Source of the DNA: an uncultured Lachnospiraceae bacterium
GTDB lineage: Bacteria; Bacillota; Clostridia; Lachnospirales; Lachnospiraceae
Direction: 5' to 3'
Assembly (NCBI GenBank): GCA_951800225.1
Contig: CATOJX010000004.1
Coordinates: 6,578 to 70,577, forward strand
DNA: 64,000 nucleotides
In this document: positions 18,178-29,149 of the stretch, piece after piece
Numbering within the stretch: position 1 is the stretch's first letter
Layout of the letters: each line of letters opens with the position of its first letter
Program-made: the position numbers and the translations under genes
The notes under the pieces: generated by a model
Databases searched by the model: none
Seen by the model: only the letters and a program-made list of their open reading frames with translations
Told to the model about the DNA's origin: nothing

Positions 18178-21100
18178 ATGGAAAAGGAACTGGTATACCA
18201 GATATTAGGACTCCGCGAACTGACGGATGAGCGGAGCATAAAAGCGGCTTATATGCAAAAACTAAAGGGAACAAACCCCGAAGATGATCCGGAAGGCTTC
18301 CGGAAACTCCGGGAGGCTTATGAGCAGGCACTTGAGCTGCTGCGCAGATCAGAAGAAGAAAAAGAAGAACAACCGAAGACGGAAAAAGATATTTGGATCG
18401 ACAAAGTAGATAAAGTATATAAAGATTTCCGAAGCAGAGGGAATGCGGAAGCGTGGAAGGCGCTTTTCGAGGATGAGTATTGCCAAAGCCTGGATACTTC
18501 TTTGGAAGCGAGGGATGCCATACTTAGATATTTGATGTCCTGCTTCTATTTGCCCAGAGAGGTCTGGAAGAGTCTGGATGACGAATTCCAGATCATGGAA
18601 GATTATGACAATCTAAAAGAACATTATCCTGAAGACTTTCTGGAATATATCAGACATTATATACAGTATGACTATTATGTGAATTTTGACAGGATGCGCT
18701 TAAGAGACGATACATTGTCTGTGGAGGATACGAATGTAGACGAATATATCCGAACTTATCAGGATTTAAGAGGACTGTGCGACCAGGAGGAGTGGAAGCA
18801 GGCGGAGGAAAAGCTTTCGGATATAGCTGCTTACGGCGTCTGGTATCCCTGGGAGGATGCGGAGCGTGTGCGTGTGCTGGAGGCAAAAGGAGAACTTGAG
18901 CAGGCGGATACTTTGGCGCAAAAACTCATTGCAGACTGGCCCGAGGATCAATACCTTCTCCTTCGGGCAGCGAATGTGAAATGGACGCTGGGGGATAAGG
19001 AAGAGGCTTTTGCACTGTGGAGCCGGTCGCCGGACAACCATGATGCCAGGATCGGGTTGATTAAATATTATCTGGAAAATGAAGAAACCGCAGAAAAAGC
19101 AAAAGATATGGCGCTGGATATATGGGAGCAGGATGGTTCCGGCCAGCGGGTTGACGAATATATTAAGCGCGCCAACGAACTTTTACTGCGTCAATATGGG
19201 CGCAAGCTGACAGAACTGGAAGACGGACCAGATAAAGACGCGGTTCTTCTGGAGATTGCTTGGTGTAAATATCAGGACCGGGAGATGGAAGAATCACTCC
19301 GCATCCTGGATGATATGAATCCGGCAGATGATATTTATTACAGTTATCACAATCTGAAAGGTCGTGTACTGGCGGCTTTGGGGAAAAATAAAGAAGCAGT
19401 ACCAGAGCTGAGGATCTGGCTGTCCATGATCCTGGAGACTGTAGACGACGGAAGTGAAGAGTCGCAGAAACGGCTGCGCAGAAAAGGGACTGCCTATTTG
19501 ATGTTGGGCTTTTGTTTGACAAAGACCGAAGAATACGACGAAGCAGTGGAAATGCTTAAGAGAGCAGAAGAAGAGATCACCGACCTGTCGGAAAAATTCG
19601 GAGCCATGAATACCCTGGCAGAAACATATCTTAGCATGGAAGAGTATGAGCGTGCGGTGGATAAATGTGATCAGATCATAGCCGGGGAAAGCGGCTATTA
19701 TCCGGCCTATGTAAACCGCCAGAAGGCATATTTTGAGATGCAGAAATCCCAGGGAGTAGTGGATGACTACTACCGGGCGGTGGAGATCTATCCAGGGTAT
19801 TATATGCCATATCTGCTGGCGGCCAAAGTGTTTTTCTTCTGCCGTCAGTATGAGGACGCGAAAGGCGTCCTTGCGCGCGCTACGGAGAATGGAGTGGAGT
19901 TCAGCGACGAGATGAAGCTGTTCCAAGTGAAGATTCTTCGGAACCTGGCGCAAAGCGAGCAGGAGCGGGAAGAACCCATGGGCATTGTCCAGGAACTCAA
20001 AAAGTCCGTGAATCCGGAAGAGACGGATCTGGAGGATTCATCGGAGATTGAATATGAGACGGCACTTCTGTATTGGGACAACGGCCAGTTGGATACAGCT
20101 CTTAAGCATCTGGGTATGGCAATCCGTCAAAATCCTTCCAGGGGACAATATTTTATGGTAAAAGGCGATCTGCTCCGTCAGAAAGATCAGTATAAAGAGG
20201 CGCTTTCGGCCTATCAGACAGCCAAAGAGGATTATGAGGGGACTGCCGTATATTATTATGGAGTCGGCTGCTGTTATGAGGGTATGGGAGACAGTGAGAC
20301 GGCGCTTTCGCATTTTATGAAAGCGGCGGAGCAGGATGCCGGATATCGGGACGTGAATGAGAAAATTTCGGATATTTATATGGAGAGATACAAGACAGGG
20401 TATGATCCGGAAGATTTCTCCAGAGCCATGGTCTATATAAAACATGAGATAGAAAACTGGGAAGGCTGTTATATACTGGTTCATCGGGGACTTATGTATA
20501 TGGAAGTCATGCAGCTTGAAAAAGCCATAGAAGACTTTGAAAAAGCGCTGACTTATCAGCCGGACGACTGGGCTGCTTATAATAATATGGGCTACTGCTA
20601 TAAGCATAAAGGCGACTACAAAAAAAGTATTGAAATGTATGAAAAGTCTTTGGCGGCTCTAAAGCAAAGAAATGATAAGCGTGTGCTTCCCTACAGCAAT
20701 ATGGCGGATTGTTACGAGATTTTAGGAGAATATGAGCGCGCGGTGGATTGCTATGAGAAGGACCTTGAGTGGTATCCGGACCGCATTTCCTTTTATCAGG
20801 AGATCGGGGATATGTATTTTTACATGGGAAATTATCAAAAGGCGATCAAAACCTATGAGACAGCAGGTTCCAAATGGCAGAATAAAGAATATCTGATAAA
20901 AATCGGCGACGCCCTGTTTGCCCAGGGAAAATTTCTTCGGGCCAAAGGGAATTATAAAAAGGCGATGCAGACGGCGGATATTAAAGGGGATGCTTATTAC
21001 AGATACAATGATTATGCGGAGCGTCTGATAACCCAATATTTTGATTATAAAGGAGCCATTGCGATCCTTCAGAAAGCGAACCAGGGTCTTTCAAAAGCAG

Positions 21101-21552
21101 GCTGGAGTGCGTCTAGGAATGCGCATGGGACAAACGAACGGTTCCAGGCCAGGGCGTACTACCTGTCCGGAAATCTAAAAGAGGCAGCAGAACACGCAAA
21201 AAAGGCGCTGGATCTGTATCTTGCGGATGCCTATTCAGAGGAAGCATATCTGGAATATCCGGCCAGCCGTCCGCTGCATTTGTCAAGGATCGGGGAATGT
21301 TATCTGTATATGGGCCAGGCGGAGAAAGCATACGAGTTGTTTGGGCAGATGGGAGACGGCTATCGGTGCGAGCATTGCCGCTTTTCAGAATGTTATGAAA
21401 AATATCGAAACCTCGGACTATATTATGTAGGCCTTGGGGGGAAATATAAACGGGACGCTTTAGAAAATTATGAAAAAGCTTTAAACATCAGCGCGCACGA
21501 TTTGGAATTGAAAGAAATGGTCAAAAAACTTCGTAAGGAGACGGGAAAATAG
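18178..21552 (+). CDS. Large (1124 aa) TPR-repeat protein with N-terminal J-like domain lacking the HPD motif
   Basis: The N-terminus VYQILGL...IKAAYMQKLKGTNPEDDPEGFRKLREAYEQA aligns to J-domain helices I-III, but NPE replaces HPD. The remainder is many TPR-like repeats (Y/W/A-rich 34-mers). A C-terminal Cys cluster CEHCRFSEC is present. Confidence 0.8.
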   Translation: MEKELVYQILGLRELTDERSIKAAYMQKLKGTNPEDDPEGFRKLREAYEQALELLRRSEEEKEEQPKTEKDIWIDKVDKVYKDFRSRGNAEAWKALFEDEYCQSLDTSLEARDAILRYLMSCFYLPREVWKSLDDEFQIMEDYDNLKEHYPEDFLEYIRHYIQYDYYVNFDRMRLRDDTLSVEDTNVDEYIRTYQDLRGLCDQEEWKQAEEKLSDIAAYGVWYPWEDAERVRVLEAKGELEQADTLAQKLIADWPEDQYLLLRAANVKWTLGDKEEAFALWSRSPDNHDARIGLIKYYLENEETAEKAKDMALDIWEQDGSGQRVDEYIKRANELLLRQYGRKLTELEDGPDKDAVLLEIAWCKYQDREMEESLRILDDMNPADDIYYSYHNLKGRVLAALGKNKEAVPELRIWLSMILETVDDGSEESQKRLRRKGTAYLMLGFCLTKTEEYDEAVEMLKRAEEEITDLSEKFGAMNTLAETYLSMEEYERAVDKCDQIIAGESGYYPAYVNRQKAYFEMQKSQGVVDDYYRAVEIYPGYYMPYLLAAKVFFFCRQYEDAKGVLARATENGVEFSDEMKLFQVKILRNLAQSEQEREEPMGIVQELKKSVNPEETDLEDSSEIEYETALLYWDNGQLDTALKHLGMAIRQNPSRGQYFMVKGDLLRQKDQYKEALSAYQTAKEDYEGTAVYYYGVGCCYEGMGDSETALSHFMKAAEQDAGYRDVNEKISDIYMERYKTGYDPEDFSRAMVYIKHEIENWEGCYILVHRGLMYMEVMQLEKAIEDFEKALTYQPDDWAAYNNMGYCYKHKGDYKKSIEMYEKSLAALKQRNDKRVLPYSNMADCYEILGEYERAVDCYEKDLEWYPDRISFYQEIGDMYFYMGNYQKAIKTYETAGSKWQNKEYLIKIGDALFAQGKFLRAKGNYKKAMQTADIKGDAYYRYNDYAERLITQYFDYKGAIAILQKANQGLSKAGWSASRNAHGTNERFQARAYYLSGNLKEAAEHAKKALDLYLADAYSEEAYLEYPASRPLHLSRIGECYLYMGQAEKAYELFGQMGDGYRCEHCRFSECYEKYRNLGLYYVGLGGKYKRDALENYEKALNISAHDLELKEMVKKLRKETGK

Positions 21553-23247
21553 ATGATAGTAGGAATTGATCTTGGGACAACGAACAGCCTTGTGGCATAT
21601 TATACAGAAGACGGGCCAAAGATTATCCCCAATCGGCTTGGAAAATCCATGACTCCGTCGGTAGTTGGTATCGATGAAGAAGGACAAATCTATGTGGGCG
21701 AATCGGCGATAGAACAAATGCTGCTTCATCCTGACAGAGGCGCCTCTTTGTTTAAACGGAGCATGGGCAGCAATCGTAAATTTACGCTGGGTAATAAGTC
21801 GTTTACGGCAGAAGAACTTTCTTCTTTTGTTCTGCGTTTTCTAAAAGAAGACGCGGAGGCCTACTTGGGGGAGCCGGTGACGGAGGCTGTGATCAGCGTA
21901 CCTGCTTACTTTAACGACGCCAGAAGACGTGCCACTAAGAGGGCCGGGGAACTGGCGGGGCTAAAGGTAGAGCGTATTATCAGCGAACCCACGGCAGCGG
22001 CAATTGCTTATGGTCTGTGGCAGCAAAAGGGACAGGCCAGATTTCTTGTGTTTGATTTGGGCGGCGGCACATTTGATGTATCAATACTGGAGCTTTATGA
22101 TACAATACTGGAAGTACATGCAGTGGCGGGAGACAATTTTCTTGGAGGAGAAGATTTTACAGCCGTATTGGAGAAGATGTTTTATGAGGAATTTCCCCAG
22201 ATTGACCGGTTTTCTCTGAATGAAAAGATTTGTGCTCACATAAGGAAGCAGGCGGAGTTGTGCAAGATGGGGTTTGGTCAGTCCCGCACATCTGTTATGA
22301 AATGCAATGTCAAAGGAGAAGAATATACATTCACAGTGGAGCTTTCTGATTATGAGGAGGCCTGTGAAGAACTTCTGGACAGAATACGCCAACCGGTCAA
22401 GAGGAGTTTAAAAGATGCTCATATCCGTTTGTCAGATATTGATAAGGTGGTTCTGGTAGGCGGTGCCACTAAATCTCCGGTGATCCGTAAATTCGCGGGT
22501 AAATTGTTCCATATGCTGCCGGATACCAACGTGAACCCTGACGAAACCGTAGCATTAGGAGCAGCGATTCAGGCTGCTATGAAAGAGCGAAAAGACAGTG
22601 TCCGTGAGGTGATCTTAACGGATGTCTGCCCCTTTACCCTGGGTACGGAGGTGGTCAGGGAATACGCAGAACACCGGTTTGAAGACGGCGTGTTTCTGCC
22701 GATTATAGAGAGGAACACGGTGATTCCTGCCAGTCGTACGGAACGTCTGTATACGGTAAGGGATAATCAGACCAAAATACGGGTTCATATTCTTCAAGGA
22801 GAAAGCCGGTTTGCCTCTAATAATCTGTCTTTGGGTGAGCTTTTTATTGATGTGCCAGCAGGTAAAGCAGGGGAAGAAGCGGTGGATGTTACCTATACTT
22901 ATGATATTAACTCGATCCTGGAGGTAGAGATTAAATCTGTCTCAGACGGTAAAAAAGTGCGTCAGGTGTTCAAAGATCAGGGACTTGACATGAGTGAAGA
23001 AGAGATAGAAGAGCGTTTGGAGACATTGTCTTACCTGAAGATTCATCCCAGGGAAAAGGAGGAGAATAAATTCCTGCTGCTTCGGGGAGAGCGGATCTAT
23101 GAGGAAAGCCTGGGAATTAAACGTACACAGGCAGAGCGTGTTCTCAGAAATTTTGAGCATGCGCTGGATTCTTATGATGCAGATCGGATCGCGGAGACAA
23201 AGCAGGAGTTGATTGAATTTCTGGAAAAACATGATGAATGGGAGTAG
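21553..23247 (+). CDS. Hsp70-family ATPase, short HscC-type paralog
   Basis: IDLGTTNS, DLGGGTFDVS and VLVGGATKSP motifs are intact. At 564 aa it lacks the long DnaK C-terminal lid tail. The start codon directly abuts the upstream stop. Confidence 0.88.
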   Translation: MIVGIDLGTTNSLVAYYTEDGPKIIPNRLGKSMTPSVVGIDEEGQIYVGESAIEQMLLHPDRGASLFKRSMGSNRKFTLGNKSFTAEELSSFVLRFLKEDAEAYLGEPVTEAVISVPAYFNDARRRATKRAGELAGLKVERIISEPTAAAIAYGLWQQKGQARFLVFDLGGGTFDVSILELYDTILEVHAVAGDNFLGGEDFTAVLEKMFYEEFPQIDRFSLNEKICAHIRKQAELCKMGFGQSRTSVMKCNVKGEEYTFTVELSDYEEACEELLDRIRQPVKRSLKDAHIRLSDIDKVVLVGGATKSPVIRKFAGKLFHMLPDTNVNPDETVALGAAIQAAMKERKDSVREVILTDVCPFTLGTEVVREYAEHRFEDGVFLPIIERNTVIPASRTERLYTVRDNQTKIRVHILQGESRFASNNLSLGELFIDVPAGKAGEEAVDVTYTYDINSILEVEIKSVSDGKKVRQVFKDQGLDMSEEEIEERLETLSYLKIHPREKEENKFLLLRGERIYEESLGIKRTQAERVLRNFEHALDSYDADRIAETKQELIEFLEKHDEWE

Positions 23248-23251
23248 GGAC

Positions 23252-24421
23252 ATGGATTTGCAGCAGATGCTTTATACCATGTGGGAAGCAGGTCCTTATA
23301 AAGTTGTCATAAGCAATCCTGTTTTTAAGGCGGAATCCAGCTTTGATAAGCTGGTGATGAACCGCCTTGAGACAGGTTGGCAGGTGGAAAAATACACGAG
23401 GACACAGGTGTTTCATGAGAATCTGTCCGTAGAAGAAGCTTTTACATTTCTTTTGGAAGCCATGCAGGGCGGTTTCAGACAGTGTAACGCCTGGGATGAA
23501 AGTAAAGAATATACAATTCGCATATCCAAAGGAGGAAAGATTTTCTGTCAGAAGAAAAATACGATCAAAGCCCCGAAGGCAAAAACTTCTCATGATCGTA
23601 AAAAAAATTACATATTACAGGAAGGGATGGTAATTCCGCCTCTTAAGGATATGGGTATTTTTACCGCAGAGGGGAAAGTCGTCCGCTCTATGTACGACAA
23701 GTACAAACAGATCAATCGATTTGTGGAGCTGATAGAAGATGAGATTGATTGCCTTCCCAAAGATAGAACGATTCATGTGATTGATTTTGGATGTGGTAAA
23801 TCTTATCTGACTTTTATTCTTTATTATTACCTTACAGAAGTAAAATCCATGGATGTGTATATGGTAGGGCTGGATCTGAAAGCTGATGTCATTGAAAACT
23901 GCAACCGCGCGGCAGAAAAATATGGTTATAAAAAACTCCATTTTGAGCTGGGGGACATTTGCGGGTATGAGGTTTCCTGTCCTGTGGATATGGTGATTTC
24001 TCTTCACGCCTGTGATACGGCTACGGATTATGCCCTTTATAACGCGGTCCGATGGAAGGCGAAGCTGATCTTTTCAGTTCCCTGTTGCCAGCATGAGCTG
24101 AACCGTCAGATGGCGAGTGCAGAGTATGCTCTGATGACCCGCTACGGTATTGTAAAAGAGCGCATGGCAGCTTTGCTGACAGACGCTATACGCGGAAATT
24201 TGCTGACGGAGTGCGGGTATAAGACACAGCTTTTAGAATTTGTCGATCTTTCCCATACGCCCAAAAACATACTGATCCGGGCGGTGCGGACCGTGCTTCC
24301 CAGGTCGGTCAGAACAAAAGCCCGCCAGGAAGTTGAGTCTGTAAAACGGCAGTTTGGCTTCCGGCCTAAACTGGACGAACTGCTTGCCGGGGATATAAGA
24401 GAGGAGCATATTTATGGATAA
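23252..24421 (+). CDS. Class I SAM-dependent methyltransferase (unknown substrate)
   Basis: Motif I VIDFGCGKSYLT, an acidic loop GLDLK, and post-I/II motifs. The ATG at 23252 lies 4 nt after the Hsp70 stop. Confidence 0.75.
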   Translation: MDLQQMLYTMWEAGPYKVVISNPVFKAESSFDKLVMNRLETGWQVEKYTRTQVFHENLSVEEAFTFLLEAMQGGFRQCNAWDESKEYTIRISKGGKIFCQKKNTIKAPKAKTSHDRKKNYILQEGMVIPPLKDMGIFTAEGKVVRSMYDKYKQINRFVELIEDEIDCLPKDRTIHVIDFGCGKSYLTFILYYYLTEVKSMDVYMVGLDLKADVIENCNRAAEKYGYKKLHFELGDICGYEVSCPVDMVISLHACDTATDYALYNAVRWKAKLIFSVPCCQHELNRQMASAEYALMTRYGIVKERMAALLTDAIRGNLLTECGYKTQLLEFVDLSHTPKNILIRAVRTVLPRSVRTKARQEVESVKRQFGFRPKLDELLAGDIREEHIYG

Positions 24422-25331
24422 AATTTTAATTATTGATGACAGTGCTGTGCAGGCAAAATTTGTGAGAAATATTTTGCAGGAAGAGTATGATGTGACGGTA
24501 TGTCAGACGGCGGAAAAGGGACTTCAATACGCAAGGACAGGAGCGTATTCTCTGATTCTTTTAGATGTGATCATGCCGGGAATGAATGGTTTTAGTTTGT
24601 TAAAAGAACTCCAGGAAACAGCGCTTACCAGACATTTTCCGGTAATTCTGATTACCAGCCTTGACGATACGGAGAATGAAGAGCGGGGGCTTATATTAGG
24701 GGCGGTGGATTACATTACCAAACCATTCAATCCAACGATCGTAAAAGCAAGAGTCAATACGCACATTCGGTTGTTTAATTATCAGATGCGCTACAGGGAG
24801 CAGGCGATGTTAGATGAGCTGACCGGTGTCGCCAACCGGAGAAGCTATGAAAACAACAGTCGGATGAAGTGGCAGGAGGCCATCCGTTTTGAGGTTTCTT
24901 TTTCGGTCTGCATGATTGATGTGGATAAATTCAAAGTGTACAATGACACGTTCGGACATCCTGCGGGAGATAAGGTGCTGGCTTCGGTGGCTAAAACCGT
25001 ATCTTCTTATTTGAAACGTGCCACTGACTTTTTCGCCCGCTACGGAGGGGAAGAGTTTGTCGTGATTTTCTTAAATAACAGCCCTCGGGGTGCTTATGAA
25101 TTTATGAAAAGAATTCGTCAGGCAGTGGAAAGTCTACATATCCCTCATAATCCTTCGGTGTCTGAGTGGGTCACGATCAGCGTCGGCGGGTTTACCTGTT
25201 TTCCAAAAGAAGGGGATTCTTACGAGAGTTGCCTGAAAATTGCGGATAATATGCTGTATGAGGCAAAAGGAACCGGCAGAAATATGGTAGTGTGGTCTAA
25301 TGAAAAAAAGGAAAAGTGGAGGGAAAAATAA
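24414..25331 (+). CDS. Response regulator receiver-GGDEF diguanylate cyclase
   Basis: REC domain (DD...D in LILLDVIMPGMNG, and K in ITKP). GGDEF domain with an intact GGEEF and an RxxD I-site (RATD) 5 residues upstream. The start overlaps the upstream stop by 8 nt. Confidence 0.9.
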   Translation: MDKILIIDDSAVQAKFVRNILQEEYDVTVCQTAEKGLQYARTGAYSLILLDVIMPGMNGFSLLKELQETALTRHFPVILITSLDDTENEERGLILGAVDYITKPFNPTIVKARVNTHIRLFNYQMRYREQAMLDELTGVANRRSYENNSRMKWQEAIRFEVSFSVCMIDVDKFKVYNDTFGHPAGDKVLASVAKTVSSYLKRATDFFARYGGEEFVVIFLNNSPRGAYEFMKRIRQAVESLHIPHNPSVSEWVTISVGGFTCFPKEGDSYESCLKIADNMLYEAKGTGRNMVVWSNEKKEKWREK

Positions 25332-25335
25332 AGAT

Positions 25336-25378
25336 CGGGCATCTGTTCCTGACAGTCAGGGGCAGATGCCCGGTTTTT
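25336..25378. terminator. Bidirectional terminator between the GGDEF gene and pyrG
   Basis: A 10-bp stem CGGGCATCTG (25336-25345) pairs with CAGATGCCCG (25363-25372), with an inner palindrome CCTGAC-A-GTCAGG. T-runs lie on both sides. Confidence 0.7.
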
Positions 25379-25394
25379 CCCGCAAAGTATTGAC

Positions 25395-26996
25395 TTATTT
25401 GTAAGATAAAGCCGCGCCTACAAAGCCTTTGAATAAAGGATGCGGTCTGTTGGGCCTGGATTTAAGTTCCGGATGCGCCTGGGTGGCGATAAAAAACGGA
25501 TGGTCTTTTAATTCGATCATTTCTACGATTCGCCCATCGGGTGAGAGTCCGGATAAGACCATGCCATGCTCGGCGAGAACGGCGCGGTAATCGTTATTCA
25601 CTTCATAACGATGTCTGTGGCGTTCGTGGATCAGTTCTTCCCCGTATAAAGCGTAGGCTTTGCTGGAAACGGACAGGACGCAGGGGCAGGAACCAAGGCG
25701 CAGAGTTCCGCCGATATCTTCTACACCGTTCTGGTCCGGCATAAGCGCGATGACCGGATGAGGGGTGGATGGATTTAACTCAATACTGTGGGCGTCCTCT
25801 AAACCTGCCACATGGCGGGCATATTCTACAATTGCCAGCTGCATGCCAAGACATAGTCCCAAAAACGGCAGGTTATGTTCTCTTGCATACTGAATAGCGA
25901 TGATCTTCCCGTCTATACCCCGGTCGCCAAAGCCTCCCGGCACCAGGATGCCGCTTACGTCTTTGAACAGCGCTTCGGCATTTTCTGCCGTTACTAGTTC
26001 GGAGTCGATCCATTTGATATTGACTACCGCATGGTTGTCGATGCCGCCGTGCTTTAAGGCTTCTACAACAGAAATGTAGGCATCATGAAGTTGAATGTAT
26101 TTGCCCACAAGAGCCACGGTTACTTCCGTTACCGGGTTGCGCAGTTTATTGACCATTTCGGTCCAGTCATTTAAATTCGGTTCAGGACATGGAAGCTTTA
26201 GACATTCACAGGCCACTTGGGCCAGATGTTCTTCTTCCATGGCAAGCGGAGCCTCGTACAAGTATTCGACATCCAGGTTTTGCAGCACATGATTCTTGGG
26301 AACATTGCAAAAAAGGGCGATTTTATCCTTAATCCCCCGTTCCAGAGGATGTTCTGTCCTGCATACGATGATATCCGGCTGTATTCCCATACCCTGAAGT
26401 TCTTTGACGGAAGCCTGGGTTGGCTTGGTTTTCATCTCGCCGGAGGCTTTCAGATAGGGAATCAGCGTCACATGAATAATAATTGCGTTCTCATGGCCGA
26501 TTTCATGCTGGAACTGCCGTATGGCTTCCAGAAAAGGCTGGCTTTCAATATCGCCCACAGTGCCGCCGGTTTCTATGATCGCAATATGCATATCCTCTGA
26601 GGTGAAATTTCGGTAAAAACGGCCTTTGATCTCATTGGTAATATGGGGGATCACCTGTACAGTACCGCCGCCGTAGTCTCCCCGCCTTTCTTTCTGAAGT
26701 ACGGACCAATATACTTTGCCTGTGGTGACATTAGAGTTTTTATCCAGGCTTTCGTCGATAAAACGCTCATAATGACCTAAATCCAGATCCGTCTCCGCAC
26801 CATCGTCTGTGACGAATACCTCGCCGTGCTGTACCGGATTCATGGTTCCGGGATCTATGTTGATATAGGGATCGAATTTTTGCATGGTGACCTTGTAGCC
26901 GCGCGCTTTTAAAAGACGACCTAGAGAAGCTGCGGTGATTCCTTTTCCCAGACCGGACACCACTCCGCCTGTAACAAACACATATTTAACTGGCAT
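25395..26996 (-). CDS. pyrG: CTP synthase
   Basis: [10 protein letters not shown] near the N-terminus and the glutaminase motif GLCLGMQ. Length is 533 aa. Confidence 0.95.
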   Translation of the reverse strand: MPVKYVFVTGGVVSGLGKGITAASLGRLLKARGYKVTMQKFDPYINIDPGTMNPVQHGEVFVTDDGAETDLDLGHYERFIDESLDKNSNVTTGKVYWSVLQKERRGDYGGGTVQVIPHITNEIKGRFYRNFTSEDMHIAIIETGGTVGDIESQPFLEAIRQFQHEIGHENAIIIHVTLIPYLKASGEMKTKPTQASVKELQGMGIQPDIIVCRTEHPLERGIKDKIALFCNVPKNHVLQNLDVEYLYEAPLAMEEEHLAQVACECLKLPCPEPNLNDWTEMVNKLRNPVTEVTVALVGKYIQLHDAYISVVEALKHGGIDNHAVVNIKWIDSELVTAENAEALFKDVSGILVPGGFGDRGIDGKIIAIQYAREHNLPFLGLCLGMQLAIVEYARHVAGLEDAHSIELNPSTPHPVIALMPDQNGVEDIGGTLRLGSCPCVLSVSSKAYALYGEELIHERHRHRYEVNNDYRAVLAEHGMVLSGLSPDGRIVEMIELKDHPFFIATQAHPELKSRPNRPHPLFKGFVGAALSYK

Positions 26997-27190
26997 ATGT
27001 TGATTCCTCCCAAAGTAATATGACGTCAGTATATTTTTTCATTATAGCTTATGCGCTTTAAAAAATCCACCTAAAAACGTGTGAATTTTATATTTATTTT
27101 ATAAAAGAAGAAAAAAATTCGCGCGTCGTGTATTGATTTATAAATGAAGGTTCACTATAATAAGAAGTGCTACGCGCAAGGAGGAAAAAG

Positions 27191-29086
27191 ATGAGTAATA
27201 ATAACACTCCAGCAGGAAATGGAGATAAAAATCCAAAAAGTCCAATGAACCGGCAGAATGTTGTCATATTTTTGGTTTTTATGCTGGTAAGCTTTATGGT
27301 ACTTAGCTTTATACAGAACTCATTAAAAGATGCGAGCACAAAAGAAATTACTTATGATGCTTTTATTGAGATGCTGAATGAAGATAAGGTGGAAAAAGTA
27401 GAGGACACCGGGCTGACCTGGAAGATTACGCCGACGGATCAGCCTCTTGAAAATGTGGATATCACTTATTTTACAGGGAAAATGGACGATGACGAGCTGC
27501 TTCCCCTTCTGAAAGAAAAAGGAGTAGAGATTACACCGTATATCCAGGACACTATATCCGCCCTGGTCTGGCAGGTGGTCTGGAGTCTGCTTCCGCTTCT
27601 TTTAATCTGGGTGGCATTCGGATACTTAATGCGCCGCATGGGCGGTGGGGGCATGATGGGGGTCGGCAAAAGCAAAGCCAAAGTCTATATCGAAAAAGAG
27701 ACCGGCGTGACCTTCAAAGATGTGGCCGGGCAGGAAGAAGCCAAGGAGTCTTTGGTGGAGGTGGTGGATTTTCTCCACAATCCGGAACGCTATGTTGAGA
27801 TTGGAGCGAAGCTTCCCAAAGGCGCGCTGTTAGTGGGGCCGCCTGGTACAGGTAAGACGTTGTTGGCGAAAGCGGTGGCGGGGGAAGCCCATGTCCCCTT
27901 TTTTTCTCTGTCAGGTTCCGATTTTGTAGAAATGTTTGTGGGCGTGGGTGCTTCCCGTGTACGGGATCTTTTTGATGAAGCAAAGAAAAATGCGCCCTGC
28001 ATTATTTTTATCGACGAGATTGATGCGATCGGTAAGAGCCGTGACTCCCGTATGGGCGGCAATGATGAGCGGGAACAGACATTAAATCAGCTTTTGGCGG
28101 AGATGGATGGTTTCGAGAGCAGTAAAGCGTGTCTTGTATTGGCTGCAACAAACCGTCCCGAAGTGTTGGATCAGGCGCTTCTTCGTCCGGGCCGTTTTGA
28201 CAGGAGAATTATTGTGGAGCGACCGGATTTAAAAGGACGTGTGGATGTATTAAAAGTACATGCAAAAAATGTGCGTCTGGACGAGACCGTAGATTTGGAC
28301 GCTATTGCTCTGGCCACCAGCGGCGCTGTGGGTTCTGATTTGGCGAATATGATCAACGAGGCCGCTATCCTGGCCGTCAAGAACGGTCGGCAGGCCGTAT
28401 CCCAGAGGGATCTGTTCGAGGCGGTGGAAGTTGTGCTGATGGGCAAGGAGAAAAAAGACCGTATTTTAAGCGCGGAAGAGCGCAAAATAGTATCTTATCA
28501 TGAAGTAGGTCATGCACTTGTAAGCGCATTGCAAAAAGATGCGGAGCCGGTGCAGAAGATTACGATTGTTCCGCGTACCATGGGAGCTTTGGGCTATGTC
28601 ATGCATGTGCCGGAGGAAGAGAAGTACTTAAATACGCAAAAAGAGATTGAAGCCATGCTGGTGGGATATTTGGGAGGCCGTGCAGCGGAAGAATTGGTTT
28701 TTGAGACTGTAACCACTGGCGCCGCCAATGATATTCAGCAGGCTACCAAGCTGGCGAGAGCCATGGTCACCCAGTATGGTATGTCCAAAAAGTTCGGGCT
28801 TATGGGCCTGGAACAAAAAGAGAGTATGTATCTGAACACAGGTACTGTATTAAACTGCAGTGATGAGACAGCGGCGGATGTGGATTCCGAGGTCATGCGG
28901 ATTTTAAAAGAATCTTATGAAGAAGCCAAACGGCTTCTGTCTCAGAATCGGGATTGCCTGGATAAGATCGCGGAGTTCTTGATTGAGAAGGAAACAATCA
29001 CGGGCAAAGAGTTTATGGATATTTTCCGGAAGGTAAAGGATGGGGAAGAAGAATATCGGCAGGAAGAATTGATATTTGCCGAATAG
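27191..29086 (+). CDS. ftsH: ATP-dependent zinc metalloprotease FtsH
   Basis: Walker [12 protein letters not shown] region, HEVGHAL zinc motif and two N-terminal TM helices. AAGGAGG precedes the ATG at 27191. Confidence 0.95.
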   Translation: MSNNNTPAGNGDKNPKSPMNRQNVVIFLVFMLVSFMVLSFIQNSLKDASTKEITYDAFIEMLNEDKVEKVEDTGLTWKITPTDQPLENVDITYFTGKMDDDELLPLLKEKGVEITPYIQDTISALVWQVVWSLLPLLLIWVAFGYLMRRMGGGGMMGVGKSKAKVYIEKETGVTFKDVAGQEEAKESLVEVVDFLHNPERYVEIGAKLPKGALLVGPPGTGKTLLAKAVAGEAHVPFFSLSGSDFVEMFVGVGASRVRDLFDEAKKNAPCIIFIDEIDAIGKSRDSRMGGNDEREQTLNQLLAEMDGFESSKACLVLAATNRPEVLDQALLRPGRFDRRIIVERPDLKGRVDVLKVHAKNVRLDETVDLDAIALATSGAVGSDLANMINEAAILAVKNGRQAVSQRDLFEAVEVVLMGKEKKDRILSAEERKIVSYHEVGHALVSALQKDAEPVQKITIVPRTMGALGYVMHVPEEEKYLNTQKEIEAMLVGYLGGRAAEELVFETVTTGAANDIQQATKLARAMVTQYGMSKKFGLMGLEQKESMYLNTGTVLNCSDETAADVDSEVMRILKESYEEAKRLLSQNRDCLDKIAEFLIEKETITGKEFMDIFRKVKDGEEEYRQEELIFAE

Positions 29087-29149
29087 GTAAAAGAAGGGGC
29101 TGTCTTCAGATCAGGAGACGGCCTTTCTGACGTGAGAGGAGGGAAGGAA

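Noticed and set aside
26997-27100. A possible pyrG CTP-sensing leader/attenuator, as in Bacillus.
   Set aside because: A -10-like TATAAT is present. There is no G-run initially transcribed sequence and no terminator/antiterminator hairpin pair. I saw only an 8-bp TGACGTCA palindrome.
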